44,250 bases of DNA from Octopus bimaculoides (GCF_001194135.2 NC_068992.1:20431192-20475441), one strand, 5' to 3'. Positions 11,301 to 25,245 are shown, counted from the first letter of the stretch. Program-made: numbers and translations. Notes: generated by a model from the sequence alone, not told the origin.

Positions 11301-13236
11301 GTGAGTTTTGAGCAATAGTGTATTATGAATCTGAACAATTTTGAGAGTTGAATTATTCACTGGAATCAAATCGAAGCTATATATTAGGAAATTTAAATTG
11401 ATTAAGCGAGAAAGGGTAATGTGAAGATTTTCTAAATCTCAGTCAACTGAGAAATATTAGTACGATATATTGGTAAATTATATTTGAGCATAGAAATTCC
11501 AAGTCACAGTTTCAGAGAGATTTGATATTTCATATTTCATATTTTGCAGGTACAATCAGACTTATACGTTTAATTATCTTATAATATATTATGCACTGTT
11601 TGCATATATAATCTTAATTATAAACTAAGATCATTATTCTCTTGGTTAGATTTAAGGGATTAAAAAAGCAAAAAATACTAAAATAAGAGCCTTAAAATAT
11701 TCAAAATACAAATTAAGATACTTTGATCAGGAGAAAATATTATTTATATTGAGGGCAATTTATAATCCTATCGAAAATGCGGACATTTTGGAATGCAAGA
11801 TAAAGTGACATCCCTTTGCTTTGTGCAGGTGATATCTGTAGCATGTGAATAATTTTCCCGTAGTATCAAAAGATATAACGTCTATACCAAGAATATTTGG
11901 AGCATACAAGTAGCAAAATATTTATTGCTAATTATATTGAACAATTTTGTAACATGGAAATATGTAACGGGTCTGCAAATGATGGAAGGAGTTCATCTGC
12001 TGTGATAGAATTACAATGCTTAAAATGGAAGAATATATAGTCTTAGTACTGGGATTTTAGAAGAGATCAATTTCGTTTTACATGCCTTCTGAAAATTTAG
12101 AAACAAAGAATAGAAGTGTTTATTGGTCTTATTTAAGGGGTAATATATATTATATATACGGAATTTTCATGTGACAGTACGTTATATGCATCTTCAATTT
12201 AATATATAACAAAATATCAAATTAATTAATTCGTAAGATAAACGAGCACTTATAATTTGGTTTAACATTTTCTTCAGAAGAAATATTCATGGACTGATTT
12301 CATTCAAGAAATTCACTTGAGGCGCAAATCGAATGATTGTCAAAATTTCCTACTAAACTCGGCGGCAAACGATTAGTTTTCATTCTTTTAAAACTTCTGC
12401 ACTAGTATATATTATCTAACTAACATACATTTTGAGAAACTCAAGAAAATATCTTGGAACTTTGGCAGTAAGTTTCTTTTATTCATTTCAAATACGACGT
12501 ATCTTTACAAATATTCTTACAAAACTAGTTTTTATAACAATATAACAAACCTCTTTCACTTTCGACTTTACAGTGACTAGAGATTAACATTTGTTATCTT
12601 AAAGTAATACTTTTTAACTTATGAATATATATTAGAATTATTTTTCAGTAGATCTTCAATTCATTCAAATAATCTACAATATCTAACGAAATCTTTCAAA
12701 ATAACAGTAATCCTAAGACTTGTAGAAGTAGCCAACACTATTATAGTTTATAAAGTTGCAGAAGCAGTGAGAGCATGTATGTATTGTATTTCACTTTTCG
12801 CATATACAGTCTGCGTTGTGATACATTGAATGTACGTATAATCATCGAACATTCTCTTCATTAGTTCCATGTTTGCATATTATGTATCAGACAGTCGTTG
12901 CTGACGTTTGACAGTGTAATCTATTTTTGACAAACTACTATGTTGATCATTTTCAGAATCTTGTAAATTCACTCACTTTGTTCTTTACCCAACATAGAAT
13001 ATCGTTGAAAACATATCTTAAGTAGTGTGGACATTACGTATATATATATATATANNNNNNNNNNNNNNNNNNNNNNNNNNNNNNNNNNNNNNNNNNNNNN
13101 NNNNNNNNNNNNNNNNNNNNNNNNNNNNNNNNNNNNNNNNNNNNNNNNNNNNNNNNNNNNNNNNNNNNNNNNNNNNNNNNNNNNNNNNNNNNNNNNNNNN
13201 NNNNNNNNNNNNNNNNNNNNNNNNNNNNNNCCTATA

Positions 13237-13271
<35 letters not shown>

Positions 13272-14336
13272 TATATATATATGTGTGTGCGTGTGTGTGT
13301 GTGTGCGTATATATATTATATACATACATGTATACATACATATATACATACATATACATATTCGTATATAATATACAATTTATAAATGATTTTATTTCCA
13401 AATTCATTATGGCAATAACATCATGTTAATAAAAGCAAACCCTATAGCTGCTCAAAAAAAAACAAGAACTCCATTTTTAAATATCACATAATAAAAATAT
13501 AATAAAAGACAGAAACTATACGATGATACATAAAATTAGAATTTATAATGTTTTTGTTTTTGAAAGTGATACAAAGCTTAATTGATTTAAGTCCTCAGCA
13601 TTTGTATTCAGAGAATATAAATCTTTATTTGAAATTGCTTGTTTGCTAATAATTTTTGAAGAGGAATATGCAAACAATGTTTTATTTATAGATTAAATCA
13701 TCACGATGCCTAGCAACAACATGGCTCTCTTGATGAATAAGGTTAACACAGAAAAAGAAACCCATAATTCTTTGGTTTTTCAAAATATCTTTATTGCGGA
13801 ATATGCAGAAACATAAAGCAGTAATTCTATCTCTGAGAAGGTAGCATTCAAGCACTGTGTATCACGGCAAAAAGAAACGACAAGTTAATACTTAGCGAAA
13901 GTTTTAAATTAATAACAATTATTATTAATAAAGATATAGTGGATGAAAAAATGCCTCTCACATATTGAAGGGGAATTGCAGTTCGAAGGCACTTGGGTAT
14001 CAGCAGCTCAATATATGTCATAATATTCTGCAACATCGTTTTACCAGTTTCACCTTGCTTCTTATCATCTTTCTACATGGAACGAAGGAGTAAAGTACAT
14101 GAATGTCTTATGCACAATTTCACGCTCAGTATCGCTGCAGAATTATACAGAATTTTATATCACTTCACGAGACCTGTATATGGTGTATTTGTGCTAGTTT
14201 TCGTACAATTTACACGATGTCAGTAACATAAAGTGAGGCATAGTGACATACTAAATTCCTTCAACGGTGCCTATAATTCTAAGTAATAAGCGAATAAAAT
14301 TAAGTAGAAGGATTTTTATAAGCATGTTGTACATAG

Positions 14337-14494
14337 AGGCGTAGATGTGGCCGTGAGGTAAGAGGTTTACTTCCCTAACATATTGTTTGAAGTTCAGTCC
14401 AACTGCGTAGCACCTAGGTCATGTAGAACTCTAGTCCCGGGTCGATCAAAACTTGTGGGCTGATTTGGTAGACAGAAACTGAAAGAAGCCCATC

Positions 14495-14591
<97 letters not shown>

Positions 14592-14809
14592 TGTGTGTTC
14601 GTGTCTGCATTTGGTCCTTCCTCACTTGACAACCAGTATTGGTGTGTTTATATCCTCGTAACTTACTGGTTCAGCAAAAGAGACATATGAAGTCAGTACC
14701 AGATTATAAAAGTAATAAGTACTCAAGTTAATTATTTCTTCTAAAGTCATTCAAGGTGGTGCCCCAGAATGACCGCAGTCTAATGACTAAAACAAGTAAA
14801 AGATAAAAG
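14337..14809 (+). mobile_element. Full-length tRNA-derived SINE family 3 (CORE-like) with an expanded internal (TA)n(TG)n
   Basis: Head AGGCGTAGATGTGGCCGTGAGGTAAG, GTTCAGTCC B-box-like, GATTTGGTAGACAGAAACTGAAAGAAGCCC, microsatellite at 14496-14598, then CTTGACAACC...AAGGTGGTGCCCCAG...AACAAGTAAAAG tail. Colinear with 20772-21212. Confidence 0.88.
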
Positions 14810-14899
14810 TTAAACTATAGACAACTGAAATGGAAATCAAAACCACGCTATGTATTAATGACGTAGAGACATGACACATTTGTATTCATCTTATCTAGA

Positions 14900-15680
14900 T
14901 CATCCCATAGGACGCCGCAAGATTTTTCCACAAGTTTTTCCTTTTCATCTCGATCTTCTATAATGGTTCTCAGCTCCTGTATCTCTTCCTGTATCTCTCC
15001 TGCAAGTTGTCGATATAGGTCATCTTCCTCCTTCCTCTCTTGGTTCTTCCTTCTGTTGGTTGCCAGAGCACTAGCTTGTTAGCAATTTCATCGGTGTGCC
15101 TGATGTAATGTCCCGCTAGCCTCATCTTCCTATGCTGTATCTTCAATGGTACTTTTGGTAGTCTCTGGTATAAGTCGGCGTTTGTTGTATGACTCTTGCA
15201 GGAAACATTGAGTGCCATTCTAAGCATCCTCGTATAAGAACCGTCCAACTGCTTCTTCAATACTTTAGTGAATGTCAATGTTTCAGCTCCGTATAGAAGA
15301 ACAAATTCTACTGTTGCCAGAAACAACCTCACTTTCAATGTCCTTGCTAACTTTGAACTCCATACCTTTCTCAGTTTATAGCATGTACTCTAGGCACGAG
15401 CTTTCCTTGCTACGATGTCTTTTTCAATACTTTGTGTCCTCACACCAAGGTATTTGGAATTTTCAACTACCTTCTGTGACTCACCATCTCTGACTTTCAC
15501 TGACGCAGGTTGAATACATGCAACTCTATTTTGTTTGCATTACAGTACAATCCTATGTTCCTCGATTCCTGTTCTAATCTGCTCAGCACCTCTTGTGCCT
15601 GATCTGTCCTTTCTATCAGCCGCAAAGTCTAGGTCGGTTACTGTTACTGCTTGATGCTGCCTATTTCTTTTCCTATGCAC
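14900..15680 (-). pseudogene. RTE reverse transcriptase C-terminal part (frameshifted, with stops)
   Basis: Peptides: HRKRNRQHQAVTVTDLDFA (RT domain 5, the DFADD motif, damaged), QEVLSRLEQESRNIGLYCNANK, KYLG, LKVRLFLATVEFVLLYGAETLT, LDGSYTRMLRMALNVS, MRLAGHYIRH, LVLWQPTEGRTKRGR, ELRTIIEDRD. Confidence 0.92.
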
Positions 15681-16021
15681 TTAGAAAACTGATAGAATGA
15701 GTTAAGAGAGACAGCAGGAAGACTATCATTATCTATGTAGACTTTAAAAAGGCTTTTGATTCAGTACTTAGAGGAATGTTGATGAAGGTACTTAAAGCAT
15801 ATCATATTCCACCAAGAATTTTGTGAGTAATAAGTTAGCTGTATGAGAAGACCAGAGCGAAAGTGATCACTCCTGATGGAGAGAAAGAATACTTTGAAGT
15901 CAAAGCCGGAGTATTACAAGGCGACACGCTAGCACCTTATCTCTTTGTCATTGTTCTGAACTATGCAATGTGTAGAACGTACAAGTGCAATGAAGAAGGA
16001 GTGTGGTTCAAACTCTATAGG
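15677..16021 (+). pseudogene. Inverted upstream part of the same RTE reverse transcriptase (domains 3-4)
   Basis: ALRKLIE*VKRDSRKTIIIYVDFKKAFDSVLRGMLMKVLKAYHIP...VITPDGEKEYFEVKAGVLQGDTLAPYLFVIVLNYAM...WFKLYR. It contains the canonical DFxKAFDSV and GVxQGDxLxPxLF motifs of non-LTR RTs. Confidence 0.93.
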
Positions 16022-17644
16022 CAAATACATTTGTATTATGAAGCACAATCTGTTATAATTCAGAGACACGATAAATAAATATTGGACATCACAGTAGAGA
16101 ATGTAGAGTCATAGACTACAGACAACGAGATGGCTGATAAATTTTCAGCTTTATACATGGTATAAATTTGAGCAACAGAATATGTTCCAAAGTAGCTTTT
16201 TAAAACAAGAACTATAAGTACTGAAAGAGTGTAGTTGCCCCAGTTCATCGTAACGAGGAGAATTAATATCTAGAACACTCCGTAAATCATAAAGCGTAAA
16301 TATTTGCAGAACTCCGCCTCTCGGTGCAGAATACGTGTGCAATTAAAATATATATAATGTATGTGCAATTCTTATGATGAAATATTGAAGAATATATTAC
16401 AAATCGCACGTATCAGGGGGTCTAATAATCAAATACTGATACGAGTTGTTCGCGACCGACGATAAATAGGTGAAATGTTAATTTTTTTAATTTTTTTAAA
16501 TAGACTTCGCAATAGCAATCATTTGAAATGAACTTACTTTCAATTTGTATGAAACAAAAATATTCTGGATTATGGAGAGACTGTTTTTGTCTTTTTTTTT
16601 ATCTAAGAAGCCAAACAACCATACAAATGCAGCAATCCAAAATGCCAAGCGTTGTCAACAATGATGAATATATGTTGCCTGATAAAAATGTAATATATGT
16701 TATTCATATAAGAAGATTTATCAAGAACTGCTCGCTATAATTTGCAAGAATTTATTCTGTGACTGAATTGTGCATCCTTTGTTAGCAATTATTGAAATAT
16801 AATGATTAATTTATATTCAGTTTTCATTTTAGTTATTATTTTTAATCAAACACAACACGCATTGATAAGAACAACATTTCTGGTATTTCATAACAACCAA
16901 ATCACGTTTTATACAATAGTGAATATTCATTTTACGTAAATATTTTCTGTTGCTATAGATATGTTTGTTTATCATATAAATTAGTACTATATAGAAAGAG
17001 AGTGTACGAAATCATTTGTTGGTGGAATTTCTGAAATGCAAATTACAGTTTCTGAATTTGTATGAATTGGTAGAGGTAAATGTGATTTTTGCTTTCTTAG
17101 AAATGCTTACTTATGCTTGGGTTTCAATTGGTTCTCATCTTTATTTGCTAATTTTCATCGTATCAGAAACGAATATGTCTAACATTTCCGAACATTTATT
17201 TGCATGAATTAAATTATGAGGAAATGGATTCATATCAGATTTCGGTTGTTATGTTCAAAGTTTAAGTCATATATTACACTAATAGCTGAATTTACTTTAC
17301 AATCAGAACACAACACGAACATCTATTTGATACGGATTTTCTCATGATTATTTGTCGCCTTTAATGTGTTCAGTGAATTTATATCACTATTCGTAATAAA
17401 TAAATTAACTAATTTTTAAAGATAAAAGAGTTAGCAGATAGCTGAATCAGTGAAATACTGGTTAAGATGGCATAAAGTTTTAGTTTAGGCAAGTTTGGTT
17501 GATATAATTTAATTAAAAGTGGCCATGTTAACAGCATCGGTTATTCATCCCTTTTAAGTAAATTGTATTTTGCATAAGTCTGAAAATATTGCTATTTAAG
17601 GGAAATAATGTTATATAGAGCAATCATAGTTATATATTCTTTTT

Positions 17645-17808
17645 TACTCTAGCCAGAAGGCACGAAATTTTGGGGGAACGGGCCAGTCGATTAGATCAAC
17701 CTCAGTACGCAAGTGGTACATAATTTATCGGCCTCCGAAAGGCAAACTCGACCTAGGCAGAATTTTAACTCAGAACAAAATACCACTAAGCATTTCGCCC
17801 TGCTAACG
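17645..17808 (-). mobile_element. tRNA-derived SINE family 2 copy, internally deleted
   Basis: Minus strand CGTTAGCAGGGCGAAATGCTTAGTGG...CTGAGTTAAAATTCTGCCTAGGTCGAG...GATAAATTATGTACCACTTGCGTACTGAGGTTGATCTAATCGAC matches the 6281 and 42877 copies. Confidence 0.8.
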
Positions 17809-19405
17809 TTATTCATAATTATATATTCTTTATGATGTGTATATCTAATATAGTAAAGCATACTTACTGTATAAACATCCATGGAATACTTAGTTATAAA
17901 TATATGCATGTATGTATGTATGTATGTATGTATGTATTATTTGTGTGTATGTGTAGTTTACACTTCCATTATCAGTACGACCAACAAAACTACGCCATCC
18001 AATGAAATATACATATTTATTATACACGATTTCATAAGAGCAGTTAATACTTTTATTCTATAAGATACACTAAATTCTCAGATTTATATAATATCTCGTG
18101 CATCTCTAAGCAATCTTCCAGGTTCAGTTCTTAACTTGAAATGTGGTGTATAAGAAAACCTGAGATATAAAGGAGAAGAAACAAACGCGAAGAACGTTGG
18201 CATATACAGTGAAGCGAGGAGAAAGAAAGGACAAGTAAGAAAATCAAGATTTTCGTATTTTTTTATTGTAGAAACCATCATAAATGTTGATGGCGCAGAG
18301 TATTATAAAAGAAAGTAGGTCTGAATGTAGGGTATTTTCCATGTGCTTGCATTTCTTAAAAATTTCGGATCTGGAATTAAGTAATGTAGTGGAAATATTG
18401 GACTTAAATGAATGTACGAGATTCCACGCACGCCTAACTGTTCTTTGACCCACGCATATATATCCATTTATATAACTTCCATCTCTTTTATCCATGTTTA
18501 TATACTCCACTGTACTGTATGTTGTGTGTGCTTGGTCTTCAGATCCCATACATGGCTAGCCAACTTAATGGCTTTATTTTTAACAGTGTCGGAAAGAAAA
18601 TTGTTGGTTTCCATAACGACTTTTAAAATTGTCTACACATGAACCAATGTAATGTTTTGTTCTCAGTTATGTTGTCTTTGAACAGTGCTCTAACTTCAAC
18701 TTCATAAACAATTGCATTTATCAAACACGCTTGGTCACGTGGGGAAGGGGTGTTGTGTTGGTGTGACTTACGTTTGACGATGTCCTTCACATTGGGCCAG
18801 CAACCGTACAAACTATTTTTTCCAGTTTTTGTTAAAGATATTCCTATATTTGTGGTTTAAGGTAAATTCTTATTTAATAACACCATGCCGTTCCTTCGGG
18901 GAGAGTGAATCATATCATTTTCCTTAGTCTATTTTTAAGCTTCATATTTTTTACCTGAAGGTCTATATATCTTTAGAGCTGATGTTAGTTAAGGGCATTG
19001 TAATAATAGGGGACTGCTTTATCAACAATTTCCTTAGAGGAGAACAGGTTAGATATCCAGATGCTGGTTATTAGAGTTTTAAATACTATACTGTAACACT
19101 ACTCTCTCTATATACATGCTAGGTTCCGATTCGGCTTATAAGAGTGTGTGTTTAAGTCTATGGAAACATCTAGGGCAAGCACATGGACAGGTTGAACTGG
19201 AAGACATTACCCACTCCGGATTAAGTAGCCATCTCACAGATACCGGTCTCCATTCTGTTATATTATTGTGCAACAGCTACATTTAATATGGTTTCTACAG
19301 CCAAACACTACGAATATCTTGGTTTCACTTTTTACATCAACATTCTTCGCGATTTTTCTTCTCGCTTTTTAAAAACTACATACATGCATACATATATATG
19401 CATAT

Positions 19406-19460
<55 letters not shown>

Positions 19461-20347
19461 NNNNNNNNNNCACATGCAGCAGCATACCCCCCAAATACAC
19501 ACACCACACACACACTCACACATCTTCATGTATATATATATATATATCATCTATGCTTGGCATTACACATTGTCATAAAGCAATCATATGAAAAAATATT
19601 CATTCACCTACTCAAAATATTTTTCATTCATCTTACTATATTAGCGTACACATTCACAATAAGTATCCTCTTATAACTAAAGAATTGAATATGTGAATAT
19701 GCAGCAAATCAAATGTCCTTATGTACATTTATTTCATAACAAACTGCTTTCACTTTAAATGCATTTATTCAAAATTTAGTATATCGTATATACAACTGAA
19801 ATGTCATCTAAATATTGCAAGTAAGAATCTGACTAAAAATTTGCACATTTCTAAGATAAGTATATTTTATGCGACCATTTTATCGAAATGATTTAAATTG
19901 CTTGCAATGCTAAACTACATTCAAGCATTGGTTAAAATGTCATTCTCTTAATATACCTGTACAAAGCTGGTGGCACATAACGGCCTTTCTGTTTCTTTAT
20001 TATTTTCGTCGTATTTCTATATCACTTCATCAGGACTGTATATCGCATGTGACCGAATTTTATGACAATTTTCTCAACTTCTACATACATACATACATAC
20101 ATACATACATACAGACAGACATACATGTGTGTGTGTGTGTAAAATATATACATATATATATATATGTATATAGACGCAGGCGTGGCTGTGCAAAACTGAC
20201 TCCCTGTTTTTCTACAGGCTTTTGGCACAGTCGTTGCAATGTCACCTATTTGGTGCAATTGAAATGCCGCTGTCTTTCACATTACATGCTTTGATATTTC
20301 TATCGTTTTAATGTGAGTTCATTTACTTACGCTTGTATGCCTGTGTA

Positions 20348-20373
20348 ATATTTCTCACTTCGTCACTCACTCA

Positions 20374-20453
<80 letters not shown>

Positions 20454-20457
20454 CTCT
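20348..20457. repeat. (CT)n microsatellite
   Basis: About 40 CT units; source of the SL and RE ORFs. Confidence 0.97.
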
Positions 20458-20771
20458 CTTTTATTTGTATGTGTACTTTTATGCTAGGGCGTGCTTGTGT
20501 GTATTTACCACGCAAAAACTTTGTCACTGAAATAGATGAACGCCCTGTCAGCCGTGCCGATTCATCTACACTCAAACAACTATACCCTATTGTCTCAATC
20601 TACTACAGGGACGACTAAAACGAGTTTAAGTAGAACATTAGCGACATAGAACTCACTGCTTTCGGAAAGTTGTGGAAGACATAGATATTGCGCATCTTTC
20701 AGACACAGAAAGTAAAATAGTGATAATTTCAAAGTTACGTACGTTTGAAAAAAAAAAAAAAAAGACAACAC

Positions 20772-21212
20772 AGGTACAGGCTTGGCACTATGGTGATAAG
20801 CTTACTACCCAATCACCTCGTTCCGGGTTCAGTCCCACTACGTGGTATCTTGGGCGAGCGTGCTATTCTATACCCTGAGTCAGACCAAATATTTGTGAGC
20901 TGATTTGGCAGACGACAACTAAAAACAGCCTGTCGAAAATATGTGATTGTGAGAGTGTTTGTGTGCGTGCGCGTTAATGTATGTGTCTTTGACCTATTCT
21001 CCTCATGACTACCGTTTGACAATCCTTGTTCGTGTATTAACGTCCGCTAAACTCAGCGGTTTGGCGAAAAGATTTGATAGATTAAGCACCAGTCTTAAAA
21101 AAGAAACAAATAAGTAATCGTGTCGATTCATTCGACAAAAATTTCTTCAAGGTGGTGCCCCAGCATGGCCGTAGTCTGCTGACCGAATCAAGTAAAAGGT
21201 AAAAGGTAAAAA
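20772..21212 (+). mobile_element. Full-length tRNA-derived SINE family 3 (CORE-like)
   Basis: Head AGGTACAGGCTTGGC..., GGTTCAGTCCCAC, CTTGGGCGAG (resembles the CORE-SINE CCTTGGGCAAGT motif), short internal GT tract, AAGGTGGTGCCCCAGCATGGCCG, (GTAAAAG)n tail. Confidence 0.88.
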
Positions 21213-21315
21213 ATAGACTTTTAAAGTAACAGAGATGTTTTCAAGAGACTGTTGCCTGGATGATATACAGTCTATATTTCTTTCTTTATATCTACGACGA
21301 AACTGTACAGAATCT

Positions 21316-21371
<56 letters not shown>

Positions 21372-23369
21372 TATATTTGGGTGTGTGTGTGTGTGTTTTT
21401 GTGTGTGTTGTGTGTGTGTCTGCATTGATAAATATAATTACCTAATTATTACTGGAGGATATCATATAAAATAACCTGTATTATTTAACACATAATAAAG
21501 AATCGTATGAGTAAAGTGAAATCGGTTTCAAATCGGTTTCAAATCCCGATTGTAGATTTAACTTGATGTTGTAAATACAATAAACACATTGGTATTGATT
21601 TGTTTTTAAATATATACATTCTCCTTTAAACTAATAAAATTATTTAAAATTATTTACGTCTATATAATTATCAATATTTCTCTTATTAGATTACAGTTTA
21701 TGTGTTTTTTTTCTTTCAAAATGTGCAAATAAGAATCTCTTTGATATAGATAATTCTTTTGTAATGCAAGTAAATAAATATATAGATATGCGTATTTCTC
21801 TTTAATCTCCGAATGAAATAAAAATGATGATGAAAGTGAGTTTGGTATAGACGTAAATTGTTGGGAAAAAAAGTTATGAAAACACATACAAAAAAAAAAC
21901 AAATCAAATAATTGGTTATTCGATCATATCAATGATAAAATTTTCTTGCAAAACAAGCCAGCATTTTCAAATAGAAGTACAGAATTATAATCACCAATTC
22001 TTTCTTTAGACTTTTAGCATATATAACAGATTATTCCACATAGATATCAGGTGTGTATTTTTATTCTCGTGATGTTGATATCCGTATCGATATATAATGT
22101 GTGTAAAACCGTGTGTCAGTCTATTTGTGTATGCGTACATGATTGTATAGTTTTTTGTTCGGATGTTTTTTGTGTGTATTTGTTAGGGTCTATAATAACC
22201 GTGAAGAGAGTGTGGGTGTATTTGATAAGCCACTGGTGAAAGTAGTCTGTATTTCAGGATTAACTCTTGAGACTAATCTGTTATTAACTCTTCAAAATCT
22301 TGTATCTACAAACAATGTAGTTAATCTCTAGACTCAACAATAAGGAGTAGTTTCCTTAAAGATAAAATAAATTTAGCTATTCATATCCTCTCATACTCGT
22401 TGCCTGCAATGAATAGATAATAATATGACATCGTCAAATTTGAATTGATATGTCTCACTCTCTATTTCAGATTATCCTCTGCCTCTCTCTCTCTCTCTCT
22501 CTCTGCCTCCCTCTCTTTCTTCCTCGCTGACTCTCTCTCTCCCTCTCACTCTAACTCACTCATTAACTCACTCACTCACTCACATACTCATGTGTGTGTA
22601 TATATATACATACACTCACACATATATGGCGCTGATATTCGCACCAGTTGCTATTACTCGATTATCGCGGGTGACTTTTAACGTAATCCTGTCCAAGTAA
22701 TTCAACATCATTCTCGCAAGCAAATACACGCATCAGAAAATCCTAAACTGAAAATTACCCTAAACCAACAGGAAGCTACAAAGCAATTATAAAACAATAT
22801 TAAACCCCTTTTACAAAAACATACCCTGTAAAATGTTGTATCCATTAACCAATAAACTGAGTTGGTTATCCTCTATACTTGTACTGTTTCAAAAGCAAAT
22901 ATATATCCACAAACAAAAAAATTATAAATAACGGTAAATATTTCCATTATTCTTACAATAACGAGTGAAAAATGACATGTTTTGTTTGTTGTGATGTGTT
23001 TTTCGCAGGAAATATTTTTGACGGTCTATTGGTTGGTCACACAAACCTGTCTTCTGAAAATAACTTCGTTCTCAGTTATTTTATATATCCAGTGAGGATA
23101 TAACATTGTAACATTTTGTAAGTAGAGAAATCGATGAATTGTGAGAGAGAGAGAAAGAAAGTGCAGACGGAAAGACATAGTTTTCTGAATTATATGCCTA
23201 TCGAAAAACAAAACCAGCACACATTTGTATACATTCACAGATGCACAAACACATAAAACGTATATTCACATATCCACTCACTTACATACGTATGCACATT
23301 TATGTAGGCGTTTATTTATGTATATTTTCAATATTTACAAGCATACACAAGCAATATATCTACGATTCA

Positions 23370-23396
23370 TACATACATATATATATATATGTGTGT

Positions 23397-23432
<36 letters not shown>

Positions 23433-23808
23433 ATACATATATATTCATATATATGTGTACACACACACATCTGTATATACACGTGCGCGCACACACATAT
23501 ATATGCACATATATATAAGTATATAGATACATATATACATATATATATGCATTCATATATATATACACACACAAACACACACACACACACACACAAACAC
23601 ACGCATATATATATACGGACATCTGCACGTACATAAAATATGAGAACTAGAACATCACAATACGCATTACTCCGAACCACTGCGATATATATATATGCGT
23701 ATGCATTCATAGATACTTACATACATACATACATACACACACACACTCACACATGCACTTATATACATATATATATATACACATATATCGATATCTATCT
23801 ATTTATCT
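23370..23808. repeat. Low-complexity TA/CA/TG compound repeat
   Basis: Mixed dinucleotide runs leading into the gap at 23809-24042. Confidence 0.9.
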
Positions 23809-24042
23809 NNNNNNNNNNNNNNNNNNNNNNNNNNNNNNNNNNNNNNNNNNNNNNNNNNNNNNNNNNNNNNNNNNNNNNNNNNNNNNNNNNNNNNNNNNNN
23901 NNNNNNNNNNNNNNNNNNNNNNNNNNNNNNNNNNNNNNNNNNNNNNNNNNNNNNNNNNNNNNNNNNNNNNNNNNNNNNNNNNNNNNNNNNNNNNNNNNNN
24001 NNNNNNNNNNNNNNNNNNNNNNNNNNNNNNNNNNNNNNNNNN

Positions 24043-24081
<39 letters not shown>

Positions 24082-24603
24082 TATGCATATATACATGAGT
24101 ACATGCGTATATACATTTGTTTGTGCGTCTTTGTGCGTGTTTGTGCGTTTGCATGCGTGTTTGTGTATGTGTGCATGTGTGTGTGTGTGTGTGTGTCTGT
24201 GTTTTGTATACCGAGAGAAATTTTGAATAGATATTGATTTCTTTTTCTAATTTCAATATATATCCACAATAAACAGAAAAGAAAACCAACTTTCAATGAT
24301 GAGATTCTTAAGGGAGATTTTTGGAAACCTAAGTGGAATTAAAGGTTTCGTATGAATAGTTGTTTCCTTTTCTTCATATGCGATATTAACTTTCATACTC
24401 GAAATACTGTGATAAAATAAACAATTTTAGCGAATTTTGTGTCAGTTATCCCTCAGAGTAATATGTCTAATGCATGCATCACAAGCTTTACATAGCTCAA
24501 GTTTCTAATCTAGACATCAAATTTGAAAAGCATGAAGAGCTAGTGACAAATTTATGGAGAATGGTCTTGAAGACAGTTTGCTAATTTTTCTCAGTTAAAC
24601 ACA

Positions 24604-24605
24604 AC

Positions 24606-24636
<31 letters not shown>

Positions 24637-24656
24637 GTCATGATGATGATGAGGAA
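24604..24656. repeat. (GAT)n trinucleotide repeat
   Basis: Directly visible. Confidence 0.95.
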
Positions 24657-24846
24657 GAGGTTGTGGGTGTATTGTATACAATAAAACTCATACCGTATTT
24701 ATCACACATTGACGTGATGCACAAATCATACATACATAATGCATCCATCTGCCTATCTATCTAGCTAGCTGTCTCTCAATCCCTCTCTCTGTCTCTCCCT
24801 CTCTCCCCTTTTCTCTCTCTCTCTCTCTCAGTACCTCTCTCTCTCT

Positions 24847-24881
<35 letters not shown>

Positions 24882-25212
24882 NNNNNNNNNNNNNNNNNNN
24901 NNNNNNNNNNNNNNNNNNNNNNNNNNNNNNNNNNNNNNNNNNNNNNNNNNNNNNNNNNNNNNNNNNNNNNNNNNNNNNNNNNNNNNNNNNNNNNNNNNNN
25001 NNNNNNNNNNNNNNNNNNNNNNNNNNNNNNNNNNNNNNNNNNNNNNNNNNNNNNNNNNNNNNNNNNNNNNNNNNNNNNNNNNNNNNNNNNNNNNNNNNNN
25101 NNNNNNNNNNNNNNNNNNNNNNNNNNNNNNNNNNNNNNNNNNNNNNNNNNNNNNNNNNNNNNNNNNNNNNNNNNNNNNNNNNNNNNNNNNNNNNNNNNNN
25201 NNNNNNNNNNNN

Positions 25213-25245
<33 letters not shown>

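Larger units (their letters stand above)
14887..16026 (-). mobile_element. 5'-truncated RTE-clade LINE with 5' inversion, flanked by an 11-bp TSD
   Basis: RT-derived peptides lie on opposite strands either side of about 15680. ACATTTGTATT is repeated at 14876-14886 and 16027-16037. The element's 3' end is at the left (minus strand ...GATGATCTAGATAAGATG). Confidence 0.92.

Noticed and set aside
20007-20040. Minus-strand CTGATGAAG...GAAA as a sixth hammerhead
   Set aside because: No pairable stem II and no NUH site; kept only as part of the short repeat finding.
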